The notes: generated from the letters alone by a model not told the origin. Counted from the stretch's first letter, positions 25,624-39,936 are shown. The stretch is DNA of 64,000 nt from Octopus sinensis (GCF_006345805.1 NC_043000.1:55552001-55616000), one strand, 5' to 3'. Numbers and translations are program-made.

Positions 25624-26029
25624 GTTTTATGGTTGAGATTTGAGTATTTGTATGCATGTATCGAAATGAAGAGGACAGGATACAATATAATCCACATAAA
25701 ACAAATTGTACCCAAAATATGAATCATTATGAAATATGAAATTAGCATGGACGTTGTAGAAGAAGGATATACAGAAGAAAATGTTAGACATACATGTGTT
25801 TTAAAAAATATAAGTTAATCATGTATTTTAAATATAAGTGTTTTTCACTAGAATATATAATTAAAGAAAATCTGCATTGATAAACTACCAGGAAATTTCA
25901 AAACCTATTTATAATGAAAGAAATTTGCGTAAGACAGGAATTTTTATCTATATTTTGATTTGTCCTACGAAAATCATATATTACAGTTAAAACTGAGTGT
26001 TATAAATTTCAAATATGCAAGAGCAGTAA

Positions 26030-26210
26030 AGTGGTAAATCATTAGAGATTCGGACAAAAATACTTAGCTATATTTCTTCACACTCCTTACAGCTTGAGTT
26101 CAACACGAGGTCAATTTTGCAGGTTATCATTTCGGGTTGGATAAAATTTTCAGTGGAAATTATATAGTCCTCCTCCTTGAAAATAGTTGGCCTCGTGCAA
26201 AATATTTTGA
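26030..26210 (+). mobile_element. SINE family A copy, highly diverged
   Basis: Residual ggacaaaaatacttagc..tatttc..tgagttcaa..gaggtcaattttgc words. Confidence 0.55.
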
Positions 26211-26619
26211 AGAATAATAAAATATATAGAGAGGTTTAACACGTAAGCATGGGAAGTAAACTTCGTTTCGTGTGAATTTTTAGAATTGATCTCTCTTTTA
26301 TCTGATTGATTTTCTATTTAAGAGGTTATATTCAATTTATTAAGAATCTTTATGATACAACATTCAGTTCATCATCATTTCGTTGATTGAGAGTTTGATA
26401 GGTTTTAAACGTTTTAGTAAGAATACAAGTATTTCTAAATATTTATACTTCACTTTCAAGCCTAGCCCATAAAATGGTAGGTAGTATTCAAGCCCCGCGC
26501 ATCCAACAATCAAAATAAATAAAATACACATACTGATATTTTAATTTATTCACTTTTGTTAATGTACTATTAAATGTCAGTATTTTTATCTTTAGTAACA
26601 AGGTTTACGGAAGTGAGTA

Positions 26620-26830
26620 TACTAAATATATATTCCCTACGCGTATAGGCGAAAGCAGAGTATTGTAGTCGCTTGTCTTTGTGTGTTTGTTTGCGAAATT
26701 ACTGGAAACGGCTGAACGGATTTTTACTAAATTTGCCAAAAATACTCATTGGGTGAGTGGCACGAACTCATTATTTTGGTTTGATTATGTTTAAAACTGG
26801 CGGACGAGTGAATCAAATCTTTTTTGTTTG
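26620..26830 (+). mobile_element. Possible Helentron/DINE-like non-autonomous element 5' part
   Basis: tatattccctacgcg...agagtattgt, a gtgtgtttgtttg microsatellite-like stretch, then ctgaacggattttt.ctaaattt, resembling DINE/HINE core layout. Recall-based. Confidence 0.4.
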
Positions 26831-27201
26831 TTATATATGCATAAACAATAAGAAGAGGAGACAACTATTGATGTAATTTATCTTATCTCTGTCTGCGTGC
26901 ATAGTATGCCACTCCGATGCCCTTTTTTCAGTTTAATGTCTATAATAAGGCGAATAATTTTGAGTGGAGAATGTTAGTGATAGCATCGATGCAAGTGTCT
27001 TACTAGCACTTTATTTTATTGAACCCGTCATACTAGAAGGCATATTTGACCCCGGTGAAACTTTAACTTAGAAAAATACAGAAAGTAGAGAGCTGGGACG
27101 CATAGCGTTTATTTTGTATGACTTTCTAATGATTCTGCATGTTACTCTAAAAATATAGTTATAATAATTGCCAAATTCATGTAGTATATTGAAATGAAAT
27201 A

Positions 27202-28382
27202 TATTCGGTTGGACAGATAGGCTTGTCGCATATCAAGATAGGGAAGAAACAAATGCTTCTTTGGTCTTGCTATATTTAATTAAGATAGTATTTTCCCCTC
27301 ATTATTGATAACGTTATCGTATGTTTTGGAAATTTTTTATCTCTTGGGCGTAATATTCTCCAGGTTTTGAAACAAAAAGAAATATATATACTGTATATAA
27401 TTTTGATCTTTTCTCAATTAATGAAATGTTTTCCCACAAAATATTGCAATGATTTCAAAGATGAATATTAAATGAAGAAGATCAGGAGAGTAAGAGAGAT
27501 GAGGTTGAACTTCCATATTTAGTGCCATTAACTTTTCTAAAATGGCTGGAGCAATGTGTGATCATCCATTATCTTGCATGAGTAACGTCTCTTTACGACC
27601 GATCAATGACGGACACTTTCGCTGCAATTTCTTGTCCTTCTACTTGAGGAGAATATTACTCCATATTGCCTGTTTTTTTTTTTTGTTAACACTTCAACAT
27701 AGACGACAGCCATCGTATCCGACAAAACGCAGAGTATAAATTTTGGGGGTGTAATTCTGGTTTGGAGATGGATTCTCTTGCTTCACTGAGAGATTCCTGT
27801 CGTGAATTTTGCCGTATAGAAAACTCATTTTTGTCACTAGTGGTGATTTTTACTCATCAAATGTTTGGATTCGAATTTACTCTTGAATGGCGAGAAGAGG
27901 ATGGCATTTTGCTTAAACTGACAAGCAGTCAGTTGGCGATGGACCCTCTGACAAAGTTTATCTTTGTTGGTGAATGTGTTTTATGATTTTAAGGCGCTTG
28001 AATTGAATTGTTTTGCTAATGCTTGTGTAGTTTGGTTTTCAGAAGACCGGGATGATAAATTTCCCAGAAAGAAACGGCCAAACCATGGTTGATTAATCCC
28101 TGTAATTAAAGGTGCAATTTTATTGACAGAACGGATACTACATGCCACTTCCATTGCTGAAGAGTCCATTTAACATTCATACAGCATGGTGTGTGTCACA
28201 CAAAAACTCATTTTACACAGGTAGAATTGATGCGAATTTAACCACTGCTATATAAAGTAATCTGCAAAGAAAGAAAACAGACATTAGAATGATATTAATG
28301 CTTTTTTTAATGTCAGTATAGAAAGCATTAGCTCAAAGAGATCGTTCAAAAAATGCAACGGGACATTTTTTCCAAGCTAATA
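27202..28382 (-). mobile_element. Near full-length, heavily decayed mariner element
   Basis: Minus-strand motifs WFGRF..GN, QTTQALA, KPELHP, LLMQDN..SH and HLSYSPDL. Degenerate TIRs TATTCGGTTGGACAGATAGGCTTGTCGCA (27202) and reverse complement TATTAGCTTGGAAAAAATGTCCCGTTGCA (28354-28382), 19/29 identical by eye. Confidence 0.85.
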
Positions 28383-28692
28383 GTTTACAATTGCTAATTA
28401 TTTTCTGGTTTTCATCATCTCATATTTAATATTCATTCTTTTTCGTATTATAGAATACGAATGCACTAGTAATGAACTAAACATAACACTGATGCAAATT
28501 CGAATATGATGGATGATAATAATTGTATTTAGATATTGTATTTAAATATACTTTAGTGTTCCTCTAAACCCCAGCTTTCCAAGGCACCTCTCAAAATTTC
28601 GATAATCTTGTAATAGGCGACTAAATCTTCAAACATATTTTACAAAAGAATCTAATTAAAAAACTATACGGTCAGTTTTATTGTGTTTAGTT

Positions 28693-28856
28693 CAGACTGA
28701 GTGGTAAGAAGTATACTTCCCAACTACATGTTTCTGGGTTCTCTGTGACACCTTGGGCAAATGTCTTCTACTATAGCCTCGGGCCGACCGAAGCGTTGTG
28801 AGTAGATTTCGTGGCCACCGTAAACTGAAAGAAATCTGTCGTGTATATGTGCGTGC

Positions 28857-28896
<40 letters not shown>

Positions 28897-29055
28897 TTCT
28901 GCGCTTTTACCCTCCATCATTTTATAAGTGTTGTTGGCATGTTTACGGTGCCATAGAATAGAAGTCCGACAAAAGAAACGGACAGAATATATACCAGATC
29001 CAGGCGGTGCCCCAGTATGTCCGCAGTCTAATAACTGAAACAAATAAAAGGTAAC
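28693..29055 (+). mobile_element. tRNA-derived SINE family B with internal (GT)n
   Basis: Reverse-orientation homolog of 47976-48459: tggtaagaag..cttcccaac, ccttgggcaa.tgtcttct.ctatagc, internal (GT)n, tail gcagtc..taactgaaacaa.taaaag. Confidence 0.8.
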
Positions 29056-30177
29056 AATCAAGCTTTAGCTATGAAGAATCGCATTCGATACTTTCCTCTT
29101 TCTTTTTGCACCAGGTGACAGATATGGTACAACTGAAGTAGTATTCGTTCCAAAATTTGTTTTAATAATTAAATGTTAAATATTATGAAACAAAATTTAC
29201 TGCCATCTTCGTGGAATGTAAAGTCAGTAAGATAATTCTCTCCAAAACCGGCTGCTCATAAATAACATGGTATTTCAATTTTCGATTATTTATTTATTCG
29301 CACCGAGAGAAAGACGATATGAACACCTTAGATTTGTCTATTATGTCTGAACTTTGTGATTTCAATTACTTGTAAAATGATTCGTTTTAAATTAACAGAT
29401 TTATGTTTAGACCAAATAAGGAAACAATTACTTCAACGAAGCAAATATTTAAGTAATAAGCATTAAATCTATATTTCTTCAGACTGAGCATTCTTGAAAG
29501 AGAATAATCTACATAATACTGAATAGAAGTTGAATATTTTAACGGAAGTATTCTAATCTTTCAAGAATAGTAAAACGTAGATATAATATCCTCTGTAGAA
29601 TGTGACATTTTACACAAGTTTGTGATAGCCTTTTATTTTATTAACAATCCTTTAACAACGTGCTTCTATACACGACCATAGAAACGTATAAAGCTCAGAT
29701 TTTGAATACTCTGTATCACTTAGATGGAATTTTTAATTTTCTATATTATTTCTATTGACAATACGATTTTTATATATTTATATAGGTGATATGATTAGCC
29801 ATTAAACATTTAAGATACGATGAATTCTAATTAATTATTAAACAATTTTATATGTCAAGAACAATATTATGAACAAAAAATATGATAAATGAGAACAATA
29901 AATATTTTAAATGTATTTGAGATGTGTGGTAAAAATATATAAAATTCTCCTCCAATTTTCGGTAGCTGATTTCATTGCTTTTGTGAACTGTAGAAATTAT
30001 TTTAAATTTATTACGATATAATAAGGTGACAATTTATTCTGAAAGCAATAATGTAAGCCTCATATATTAAATGTATATATATTCCACTCGTCTGTCTATA
30101 CCGTACAGGAAAAAGTTGATCAAATATTACCAAGGGATGTGGAAGGTCTCTATTAACAAAAGGGTCCCTATTGACAG

Positions 30178-30320
30178 AAACGTTAGCATCCCGCACGAAA
30201 TGCTTAGCTGATGTTTCGTTGTCTTTTACGTTCTGAGTTCAAATTCTACCGGGTGCAAAAAATAATTATCAAGTGAATACTTGAGGCTCGATGTAATTGA
30301 CTTAAGCTTGGAATTGCTGG
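30178..30320 (+). mobile_element. SINE family A fragment
   Basis: cagaaacgttagc...aaatgcttagc...ttacgttctgagttcaaatt. Confidence 0.7.
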
Positions 30321-31200
30321 AATCATTATTAGTTTTCTCGAAGGATATGATAAATACTTGTCAATGACAATAGAATTCGTTGTGTACTGATTGGAATAAA
30401 AGAAAGCAGAAACATATAGTGAGGTTTTTCCATGGCATAACTAAATACAGGCGTTGTATATTTTTCATTCTCATGCAAAAAATGTTCCTTCTGTTATGTA
30501 GGGATAAAACGAAGTTTGGAGTAAGTATAATACAGTGAGCATTTAATGTTAATTGCTATAAGCTGATGCAAAACAAAAGAAATGCATCCACTAGGACGTA
30601 TATATCCGTTGTTGTACCTACTAAAACAGATATGTATCACTCTACTGCTATTATGCTTTGTAATCTTGTAAATATTCATTATTACTTTCTAAAGCTTATG
30701 TATTTCTCATGAAACATAACAGAGCATATGGAGAGAAATCCAGCATGCAAACTTGATAGAAATATATTTATCAGATTCAATTAATCTTATGTACTTACTG
30801 AAGCAATACTTACAATTTATAATTAGGCCTTCAATATAAAATGTAACATCCTTATACTATTATTGAACAAGCAGAAAATGTGATAGTCTTCACTTATATT
30901 AAAAGATCTGCGAAACCATTGACGCCATAAGTATCTATTTCCTCTTTAACAAAATCGAGTTATAAAACATTCACTGCTGACTAAGACGCTAGTTGTGGAT
31001 TCTTCGTTTTGGTATTTATTTCATTTTGCTTTAACCTTTTTTTTATATATTTGTCTGCCCCTTGCTATTTTTCCATATATGCGGAGATGTTTACTACTGA
31101 GAAAAGCGAATACGTTCATCTCAAATATATGATTGGTTCAAAACATAAGAACTAAAATATTTCAACAGTCTTTCGTGAGGAGATGGTTAGTATCATAATT

Positions 31201-31410
31201 ATTGATTTCAAATTTTGCCTCAAGATCACCAGTTTCGGAGTTGGGTGTAAGTCTATCACATTAAATCCTAGTGGTTAACTAGAACTTATTTTATTGACCT
31301 TGAAAGGTAAACGTTTCCTTGTGGATTTTGAACTCAAAGTGTAAAGACGGGCGAAATGCCGCTAAGTATTTTTCCCGGTGTGCTAACGATTCGACCAGCT
31401 CAGTGCATTA
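31201..31410 (-). mobile_element. SINE family A copy
   Basis: Reverse complement of family A head and body (gctaacgattcgaccagctc; ttgaactc..gtaaagacgggcgaaatgccgctaag). Confidence 0.8.
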
Positions 31411-31419
31411 AATATAAAG

Positions 31420-31668
31420 GTACTTCCCGAGTCATATAGTCTCATAGGGCCGGTTTTCCGATTTCCATGACGCATATTTTCACCCTTGGATGGAACAGCG
31501 GAGATCCCAGGATTACTTATTTTTGCCAGCAAAGGGAATTGAGGAACCTGAAATGAAATATTTTGTTTAAAAAGAAAAAAAATAACCGCGACACCTGGTC
31601 CAGGAATCGAAACATCTTACGATCATGAGTCTAGTAATCCTAACCAATAAGCCACGCGTCTGCACAAT
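31420..31668 (-). mobile_element. tRNA-derived SINE, diverged
   Basis: Minus-strand head with tggcttattggttagg and B-box-like GTTTCGATTCC. Confidence 0.6.
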
Positions 31669-31858
31669 ATCACCATTATTACTATACTATTTTTATCATT
31701 GTGTTCCAAAAGTGTTATATGAGCTTCTTGTACCCCGACAGAACACGAACGTGTGGAATATATTTCGGAAGAGTATAACTGTGTTTATTTGATGTCATTA
31801 GTTTTACTTTAAGTTTATTCTGTTTCTATTTCTGATGTCACATTAGTGTTACGTCTCT

Positions 31859-33010
31859 TTGATGTGTGAACAATTTGCCAGTTCTATATTGGAATACTTT
31901 GAAAATTTGGCTTTAGGTTCAACACCATTAAAACCAACACTGTGGCTGCGATATGTAGATGACACCATTATACTCTGGCCCCACCAGGAAGATGTCCAAG
32001 TGCTGTTAGATCATGTGAACTCAATGAAGCCATCCATACAGGAAAAAGACAATCAGCTAGCATTCCTGGATGTATTAATAATACGCACCAAGTATGGATT
32101 CAGGACATCCGTATACCACAAGCCGACCTTCACTGGACGATGCCTCAACTTCAATTCCCACCATCCATACACTGTAAAGAGAGGGATTACTCAGTACCTA
32201 AAACATCGGGCAAAGAATATAAGTAGCAATTGTGATACACATAACGAAGAAATGATCAAGCTCAATAACAATTTATTAACAACTACCCACAAAACATACT
32301 ATCCACTCCAATCATGAAGCAAAGAGAAGATAAAAACCAATAAACTGTCCACAGTCTGTCTATCCTATGTGAAAGGCCTCTCCGAAAAGATACAAAAGAT
32401 ATATGGCCCATATGACATCATAACAGTATTCAAGAGTAATATAACACCTCGCAAATATCTCCTTCGAGTAAAACCACTAATAGAAATGAATATGACTAAG
32501 ACCTGCGTGTACTCTATTCCATGCAGCTGTGGTAGGTTATACAAAGGCGGAACATGTCGCCCGCTCAAAATAAGGATAGAAGAACATAGCAAAGCTGTGA
32601 CACGAGGAGATATTGATAACTCAGGTATAGCTGAACATGTATGGAAAAATGGAGACCACCTCCCCTGTAGGATGAAGTTAAAATAATAGACAGAGAACAC
32701 CACTGGAAAATACGAAATCTGAAAGAAGCAGCATAGGACACAACAACCTCCTAAGCAGAATGAGCGCAGATATGAATAGCATATGGGAACCGGTATTAAG
32801 GAAGGATAGGAAAATATTAACTTTATTAGCTCTACAATTCACTCCATAATTGTCCACGAGCATATGGCGTAGTGGTTCAGAGTTCGATTCCAAGCAGTGA
32901 TCAGAATAATAATAATAGTAATATCGAAAAATACCTTAGGAATGAGAACCCAGGTTCGAAATTTCCCCAAGATACGCGATGAAGATGAAGACAAATATCC
33001 GTCAAATGTA
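31859..33010 (+). mobile_element. Penelope-like element, 5'-truncated: RT C-half, GIY-YIG endonuclease and 3' repeat
   Basis: LWLRYVDDT (RT active site), FLDVLI, SVYHKPTFTGRCLNFNSHHP; CVYSIPCSCGRLYKGGTCRPLKIRIEEH (GIY-YIG); frameshifts and stops. Confidence 0.92.
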
Positions 33011-34904
33011 AATAACGTATTTGCCAGTTATATGAATTATTTTGTTTGGAGAAGATTACGTTTCGTGTGCGGTGTTTGGATTTGCATCACGTGTTATAAT
33101 TGGTTGTATAGGGTACTGCTATGTAAACTGTGTAGTTTGTATAAGTTATGATATCTGATGGCCATTGTACAGAATGCAGTTTGTATGATTTGGTGTTAGA
33201 TACCAGCAGGAGGAGCTGACAGACTGTTAGATTAGACCCTCAGCGGTGGGCAGGGATGACATTTTCCTTAAAAGGGCTGGTTGGAATTTATCAGTATCTA
33301 AATTATATTAGTAGAATGCTACTGCCTTTTGTGTGCCTTGTTCTTGGAAACAATTAAACAGATTGGAGCCATAAAGTTTCTTTCCTTTGAATCAGTACAG
33401 GTTCTACTTGACAGCAGATCTATTAGCTACATTACTGTAGGAGCACAACTGAAAATTTGTATGTGAATTTTTACGCAACAAAATTATTTTGAAGTGGTTT
33501 CCGTTCTCAACAAATCATCCGTCAGTTCCTTACGTTATATTATGTAGTCTGATTCAATATCGGTTTCATATTTGGACGTATTTCTCCTGATATTTAAATA
33601 GACGAAGAGATATTAGTCATGTAGTTCCTGTTAGAAATTGAAATGAATGCATCAAAATAGAATTGTGGTTTAGGTTCGAGAGAACCTATTACTGTTGTAT
33701 ATTGTCACCGGTGATTATACGCTTAGAATTTTTTGTTAATTGCGGAGGGTTAAATGACTTGCCCAAGAAGCAATGAGCATTCAAACTAATAACGTGCGCT
33801 GATTTTTTAAATGTTACAGTCTTTTATCATAAGACTTGCCTTCTACAAGTTTGTATATATGAAATTAAATTTTATGAAGTAGTTCATCACTTTTGAAATA
33901 TAGTCGCATGCGACTTTCGCTAGTTGCAGTTGTAATATTGAAATTGTAACTATCTCTTTTAAATATAACTAATATGATATTACAATACATTCACTTAATA
34001 ACGTTATTCCTTAGGTAGATATTTGCTATAGAGTATCCCTTATCAATTTATAGCTCTCACGTGATGATATAACTTCTTTTTTATTGCGGGCTACTTTATT
34101 CACAAGGCAGATTAAGAATTCAAATATATAGTCATTGGTTCACTGAAATGTTTTCTTTTCCTTCATTCTTTAAGTATCATATTTAAAATATTCACGGAAT
34201 TAAAGCTAAGAAACGTAAAAAGTGTCTTGTATTTCAAACCTTGTGGAGTTTTCATAGTAAAGACACTAAACACTGAAAAACTACATTTTCAGATATTCAA
34301 TATTATTACATAATATATTTTACAATTTTCCGTTATTTACTTATTAACAATTTTGTGGAATAACTTCACATCTTTCAAAAGTAACCATATCTCAGATACG
34401 TTAATTGATTGACTTTAGAGTTGGAAAGTTCAACAGATTCTTTGGCCAATGACCAAAATTCTACTTTTGTATCTGCAATATTTAATTACAAGGATTAACT
34501 TCAATAAGTGACTATCATGTTTCCAGATGATAGATAAGACCTCGAATTATATTAGTCAGCATTCACTGAAGCTTTGTTAACTGGCTGTAAAGATAAATGC
34601 CACAGGCATTCGATCATTTTTAATCTTGTAACTGATATTGGAATTTTAGTTTAGGAAAGATAATAGATACACGTGTTTCTATAAGCATTCTACTCCGTGT
34701 GTGCATGATATTCAATGTGTAAGTGTATTTTATCTCGACACAGTCTGATATAATGAACAATATTTCATGTGAGGGAAGTTCAAAACCTATTTACCTAATT
34801 AAATAATTTTGGAACTAATTTACTATTTTAGAGAAAATTGCGTTTATTAAAAGAAACGGAACCTAGAAGGTAAAACATTTCATGAAATCACTATTTATTT
34901 TGAA

Positions 34905-34993
34905 TACACACACACACACGCGCACATAAGTGTAATATATAATCTATATGTATATTTGTACGTATATATATATATATATATATATGCGTGTAC

Positions 34994-35024
<31 letters not shown>

Positions 35025-35252
35025 ATATATATATGTACACACACACATATATATGTACATGTGTATACATATATATAGATATATACATATATGTATATAT
35101 ATATATACATATATATACATATATATATACATATATATACATACATATACATACATATATATATCCACATATATATACATACATATATATACATAGATAT
35201 ATATACATATATACATATATATATATACATACATACATATACATATATAAAC

Positions 35253-35287
<35 letters not shown>

Positions 35288-35302
35288 CATATACGTATGT
35301 AT

Positions 35303-35335
<33 letters not shown>
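34905..35335. repeat. Long compound (TA)/(TACA)/(CA) microsatellite
   Basis: Directly visible; source of many YI-rich pseudo-ORFs. Confidence 0.95.
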
Positions 35336-37801
35336 CCGATATCGAGAAAAATGTAGCAGATATATAAACTATGTGTGTCATTTTAAACATGGTATTGGTA
35401 TTCTTAAACGTAATATTGTCATTCTTAAACTAGCTTGCAAATCATAACCATGATCGAAACTGTATGTACGCGTGTATGTCTGCAATAATATACTCCTGCG
35501 CGTAAATCGGGTGCTCCATTCTCTCGTTTGTACACATATAGACATGCATATATGCATATACAGGCACCCCAACAAAGAAACGTAGATATATTTCATAAGT
35601 TAGAATATATTATTTCGCTGGAAATGAAATTTCAGGCGAAACAAACTTTAATTTACATATTTTTAGATGACGGTTTATCAAGCGTCATATATGGGAGAAC
35701 GCTCCTAATTCAGAATTTCTCAAGTCTTGCATCATTTTCTAGATTATCATTCCTCAATTATCATTAGAGTGGAATTCTATTTAGATACCTTAGAGTGCAT
35801 CGTTTTGTTTAAAATAAGCAGAAACTCTTCAAAATCGGCGTTTCATTCAATGCTAATTTATTTTCATCTTCCTGTCACGATGAATACGTGATATGCCATG
35901 AACAGATGGCTGGAATGCAAATTCTTCTAGGAAAGTGAGTTTGGAAGTTTTTGTCTTATAGAGAAATATATGTTTTTACAAGATTGCAGGTAAATATAGC
36001 AACTGTTTTATTAACATATCTATTGATAATTTCTTTGCACAGTGTAAATGAACAACGCATTTAAATGTCTGTAGAAGGACCAATCGACATAATATAGAAA
36101 TACGATTAATAAGTTAGAGATGTAATTTAGATATACAACATTCCATGTAAATGGTGCCTATTTAACTAACTGCAAGCGATGAGCTGAATTACAGATACGG
36201 ATTAGAGAAAACATCTGAAAGTATTGTCCACTGTTCAACCTTATACTGAAGTCCCAAATGTGCTCAATCAGTCTAACCATTCTATCTGACCAGAGTTTTG
36301 ATCATCAACTTTACATAGAAGATCCTGTGAAATCGTTAACTGCAATGATGTATAGTTAAAATACTACTGAAACAAATAGGTATCTGAGATTACCCTGTTT
36401 TTATAAATATGTTTCTACGTGAAATTTAAGTAATTAATATGATAATAACTGATAATACGCTATCTAAATAATTTAGTATAAGATTTCATATAAATTGAAA
36501 ATATTTTCTAAATGTCGGCATTCGTTGGAAGTATGTGCGCAGATTGATTATTTAAGAAAGATTTCTACAAATATAATTACATATGTATACTTACCGAAAA
36601 TATCTTCAAATTAATATATTCTGTATATATAATACGCTTTAGGATTGAAAAATATTTGTGATTCAATATTATTCTCTTATATACACATCATCTTTAAAAT
36701 GATTTACACATTATTTCATTCGTTGTTCTTGTACAAATATGTTTATAAATAGTAGGTAATTTTTTTAACAAATGGTATAAAATTAAATTTTTAATCAGTA
36801 CGTATATCGCATATCATGTACTGACTGTTTGCCAAATATTATCTACTTTTCAGTAAGCAATCTGTGCACAGTAAATATAAATGATAGGAAAACATATGAA
36901 CTTACAAAATACAATAAATATTTAGATATAACCAATAATTCTCCCAAATAACACAAAAATATTCGGCAATAAAACAGTGCTTCCCATAAATACACATTAC
37001 ATATACAGACGAATGTTATTCATAATATGGAATAACATTATATATATCTATTAAACAAGTGGTTTTAGAATATTGCAAAAAAGTTAATTTCATAAACAAT
37101 TTATGATTAATTTAAACCCGTGTATTAAGAAGGATTGCTTTGTAATCTCTATTCACACAGTAAGATGGCTGAGTTTCAATTTCTATAGTACTGGAAGAGG
37201 TCAGAGGAAAAATTTAAACAGTTAATCACCGTAGGAATCGTTGACAACTATCATCACATTTTAGATTTTACACAATGCTGGCAAAGATTTGGACTGCTAC
37301 CAATGGAGGGACTTCATGGTATCATTTCTCAGCCAAAAGTGTGAGGTTTCCCGTTGTTCATAACACGCACCGACTGAGTAATAGACACACAATATGCATG
37401 AGCGTATCTGTGAGTGTGTGCGTGCGTGTGTGTAGTCAATTCAAATACATGAATAATAGAATTAACTGACAACAAGAGGACATGCACAAAGAATGTATTA
37501 CTTTGACGCTCAGTAAAAAGAGAGAGTTTTTCTCGTTTCGAGCATAGCTCTTTGTCGGAAAGGAAATAGGGGAAAGTCAAAAGAAAAATAGAAATCGAAA
37601 ACAGCACGTGCATAGTTACATTACTGAAGTGTATATCAACACACACACACACTAAAACAGGAATCTGGAAACTTTGTTTGGTATTATTTATTCACCATTA
37701 GACCTGCTTCATATCATAATAAGAATTACAAAAGTTGTACAGGTTGGATAAGCATGCAAGAAATTTCCTACAAGAAATTCTCCAGTCTTCACTACACACA
37801 C

Positions 37802-37878
<77 letters not shown>

Positions 37879-38099
37879 ATACTAAATATACATTAAATGA
37901 AAACTAAAAACGTTACTTAAATATTCAATACTTTAAAATTAATTAATATACACAATGCTAGTACAAGTCATTAATATTGTAATCAAAATAAGAAATGGTT
38001 CAAATATAGACAAACTCATTAAATAAGCTAACTATATAATGAATATATATGTGTAGTATCTATAGATTTAATATATCACTCTATAATATAGTTGACTAA

Positions 38100-38830
38100 A
38101 TATCAATACGCCTCCAAGACCTCGAAAAAACACTATTATAACGCCAATATCCCTCCACTCTCATAGAGTATGGAATAAATCGTGCCAAAGACTAGACAAT
38201 AATACTCTGAAAACTACCCAACACAGCAACAAAATACTCCCATACATTTACACCCACAACCCCCAAAATATCGAAGCATACACCACGACCATACAAAACC
38301 TCCCCTTACTGTCCACAGACCCAAAATAAATAATATTATCAATACACATAAAATCCTCAAATGTAAAAGGCAACATAAATCTTTGAAAAACTCTTGACAA
38401 ATGCCAAACTTCACACACCACATCCATCCCCATCAGTTAAAAATGTGCACGCCTTAACTGTGGTACCTGCCCCTTCCTACTTGAAGGTTCTGAATTTACT
38501 TTCAAACAAGGAACGAAGTTTAAAATCAAGACCAACTTCTCCTGTTCCTCCGAGAACCTCATCTACGTTCTCACATGCGCCGGTTGCCAACACAATTATG
38601 TTGGACAAACGAGCCTTCCTTTACGTAGAAGAGTAGCGGTCCATAACGAACAGAAAAGTATCCCAGAATACCGTCAAATTCCACTATGTAGTCACATAGC
38701 TCGTGCGCTAGAGACAAAAATCCTAAATTTCACATATTCCCCTTCTACCAATATAAAGACGAAATCACTACACGAGAAAGAATCAACAAGAAGAATCTTT
38801 TTTGAAAAATTCCAAACGCATCTTAATATG
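38100..38830 (+). mobile_element. Second Penelope-like fragment: RT thumb, Cys-rich linker and GIY-YIG
   Basis: LQDLEKTLL*RQYPSTLIEYGINRAK; ILPYIYTHNP; KRQHKSLK; CARLNCGTCP; CSSENLIYVLTCAGCQHNYVGQTSLPLRRRVAVH. Confidence 0.9.
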
Positions 38831-39373
38831 CAAACTCCACGATGACCATACTCTTTTTTCTAACATCCTATCCGTCAAAAAATTAATATAAGCATCCTGT
38901 TTGACAAAGAGTCCATCATCCCAATTGAAGAGCATAACATCCACAGAGTTGTCTCCCTTTACTCACAGGAACAGGATAGCTCCTACCCCATTTCCTGTTT
39001 TGACACTCTTTTACGAAACACTTTTATCTAAGCACTACGTTTAATCACATGGATCTTAATCCTCCAAAGAAATTTTTCCAAGGACAATTATTGAACTAAA
39101 CAAACATAAAGAATGTAGCGGTATACTTATTTTTTAATTTTTGTATATGTTTATTATTATGTTTTTGAAAAATATATTGTAAATTTCTTTTTTCCCCTTT
39201 CTCAATTTAAAAAACAAATTTCTTTTCCGCTTTATAATTTTTAAAAATTTTCCATACACCCATTTTTCTTACACCCATTTTTCTTTTACTACGTTCAATG
39301 TAGTATTCTGCTTTTTATAATGTTTCCTCTCCTATATATATAGCCACTTCTACACTTTTCATGAGAGAGTGTA

Positions 39374-39900
39374 TATATACATATCAGACAAAATAAGATA
39401 AAGCCAAGACTGTGAGGAGTTTTCGAGACGTTTATAAGGAAAAATATATGGATATAGTCTTACAGCTGTTTCTAGGATATTATGGATATCCTTTCATCAG
39501 TGATGATGTGAGATGGTTAAATAGAGGTAAATATTTGAGCTCGAAATGAGGAATTATTTGGGAAAACGAGGAGATAAGTAATACAGAGGGAAATAAGTCA
39601 ATGAAAGTATAAATATAAGATATAGAAAGATATTATAGTTGTAGTTCCATTATTCGAGGAATGTGATGTATAGAAGTGGTAAAACGTTCCCTGTACATGG
39701 TATGTAAGTTCCAATAGTAGTTCATGTTTATATAAAATATGGAGCCCTGTATTCTGTGTTGCTCATTCGAAAGTGTCTTGTGGTGTGAAGGAAAATTTGA
39801 GAATGTATCGGTAGTATTTGTGGATAGATGGTGGGGAGGCGAGATGTGTATGTTTAGAATAGCACTTACTTAGCGTTACCTGCCACACTTTGTGCTTTCT
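39374..39900 (-). mobile_element. Probable Penelope-like 3' end / pseudo-LTR in opposite orientation with hammerhead-like core
   Basis: Minus strand CTGATGA-AAGGATAT(CCATA)ATATCCTA-GAAAC-AGCT-GTA at 39461-39500; strand composition is the mirror of the adjacent PLE. Confidence 0.5.
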
Positions 39901-39936
39901 AAATATCAATTCCTTTATATGTATATATATATATAT

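Noticed and set aside
32940-33010. Hammerhead expected in the 3' repeat of the first PLE
   Set aside because: Only CGATGAAGATGAAG remains, with no stem II or downstream GAAA in register; not a ribozyme as it stands.
34891-35447. Many 100+ aa YI/HT/CV-rich ORFs here and at other microsatellites
   Set aside because: Artefacts of stop-free dinucleotide repeats.
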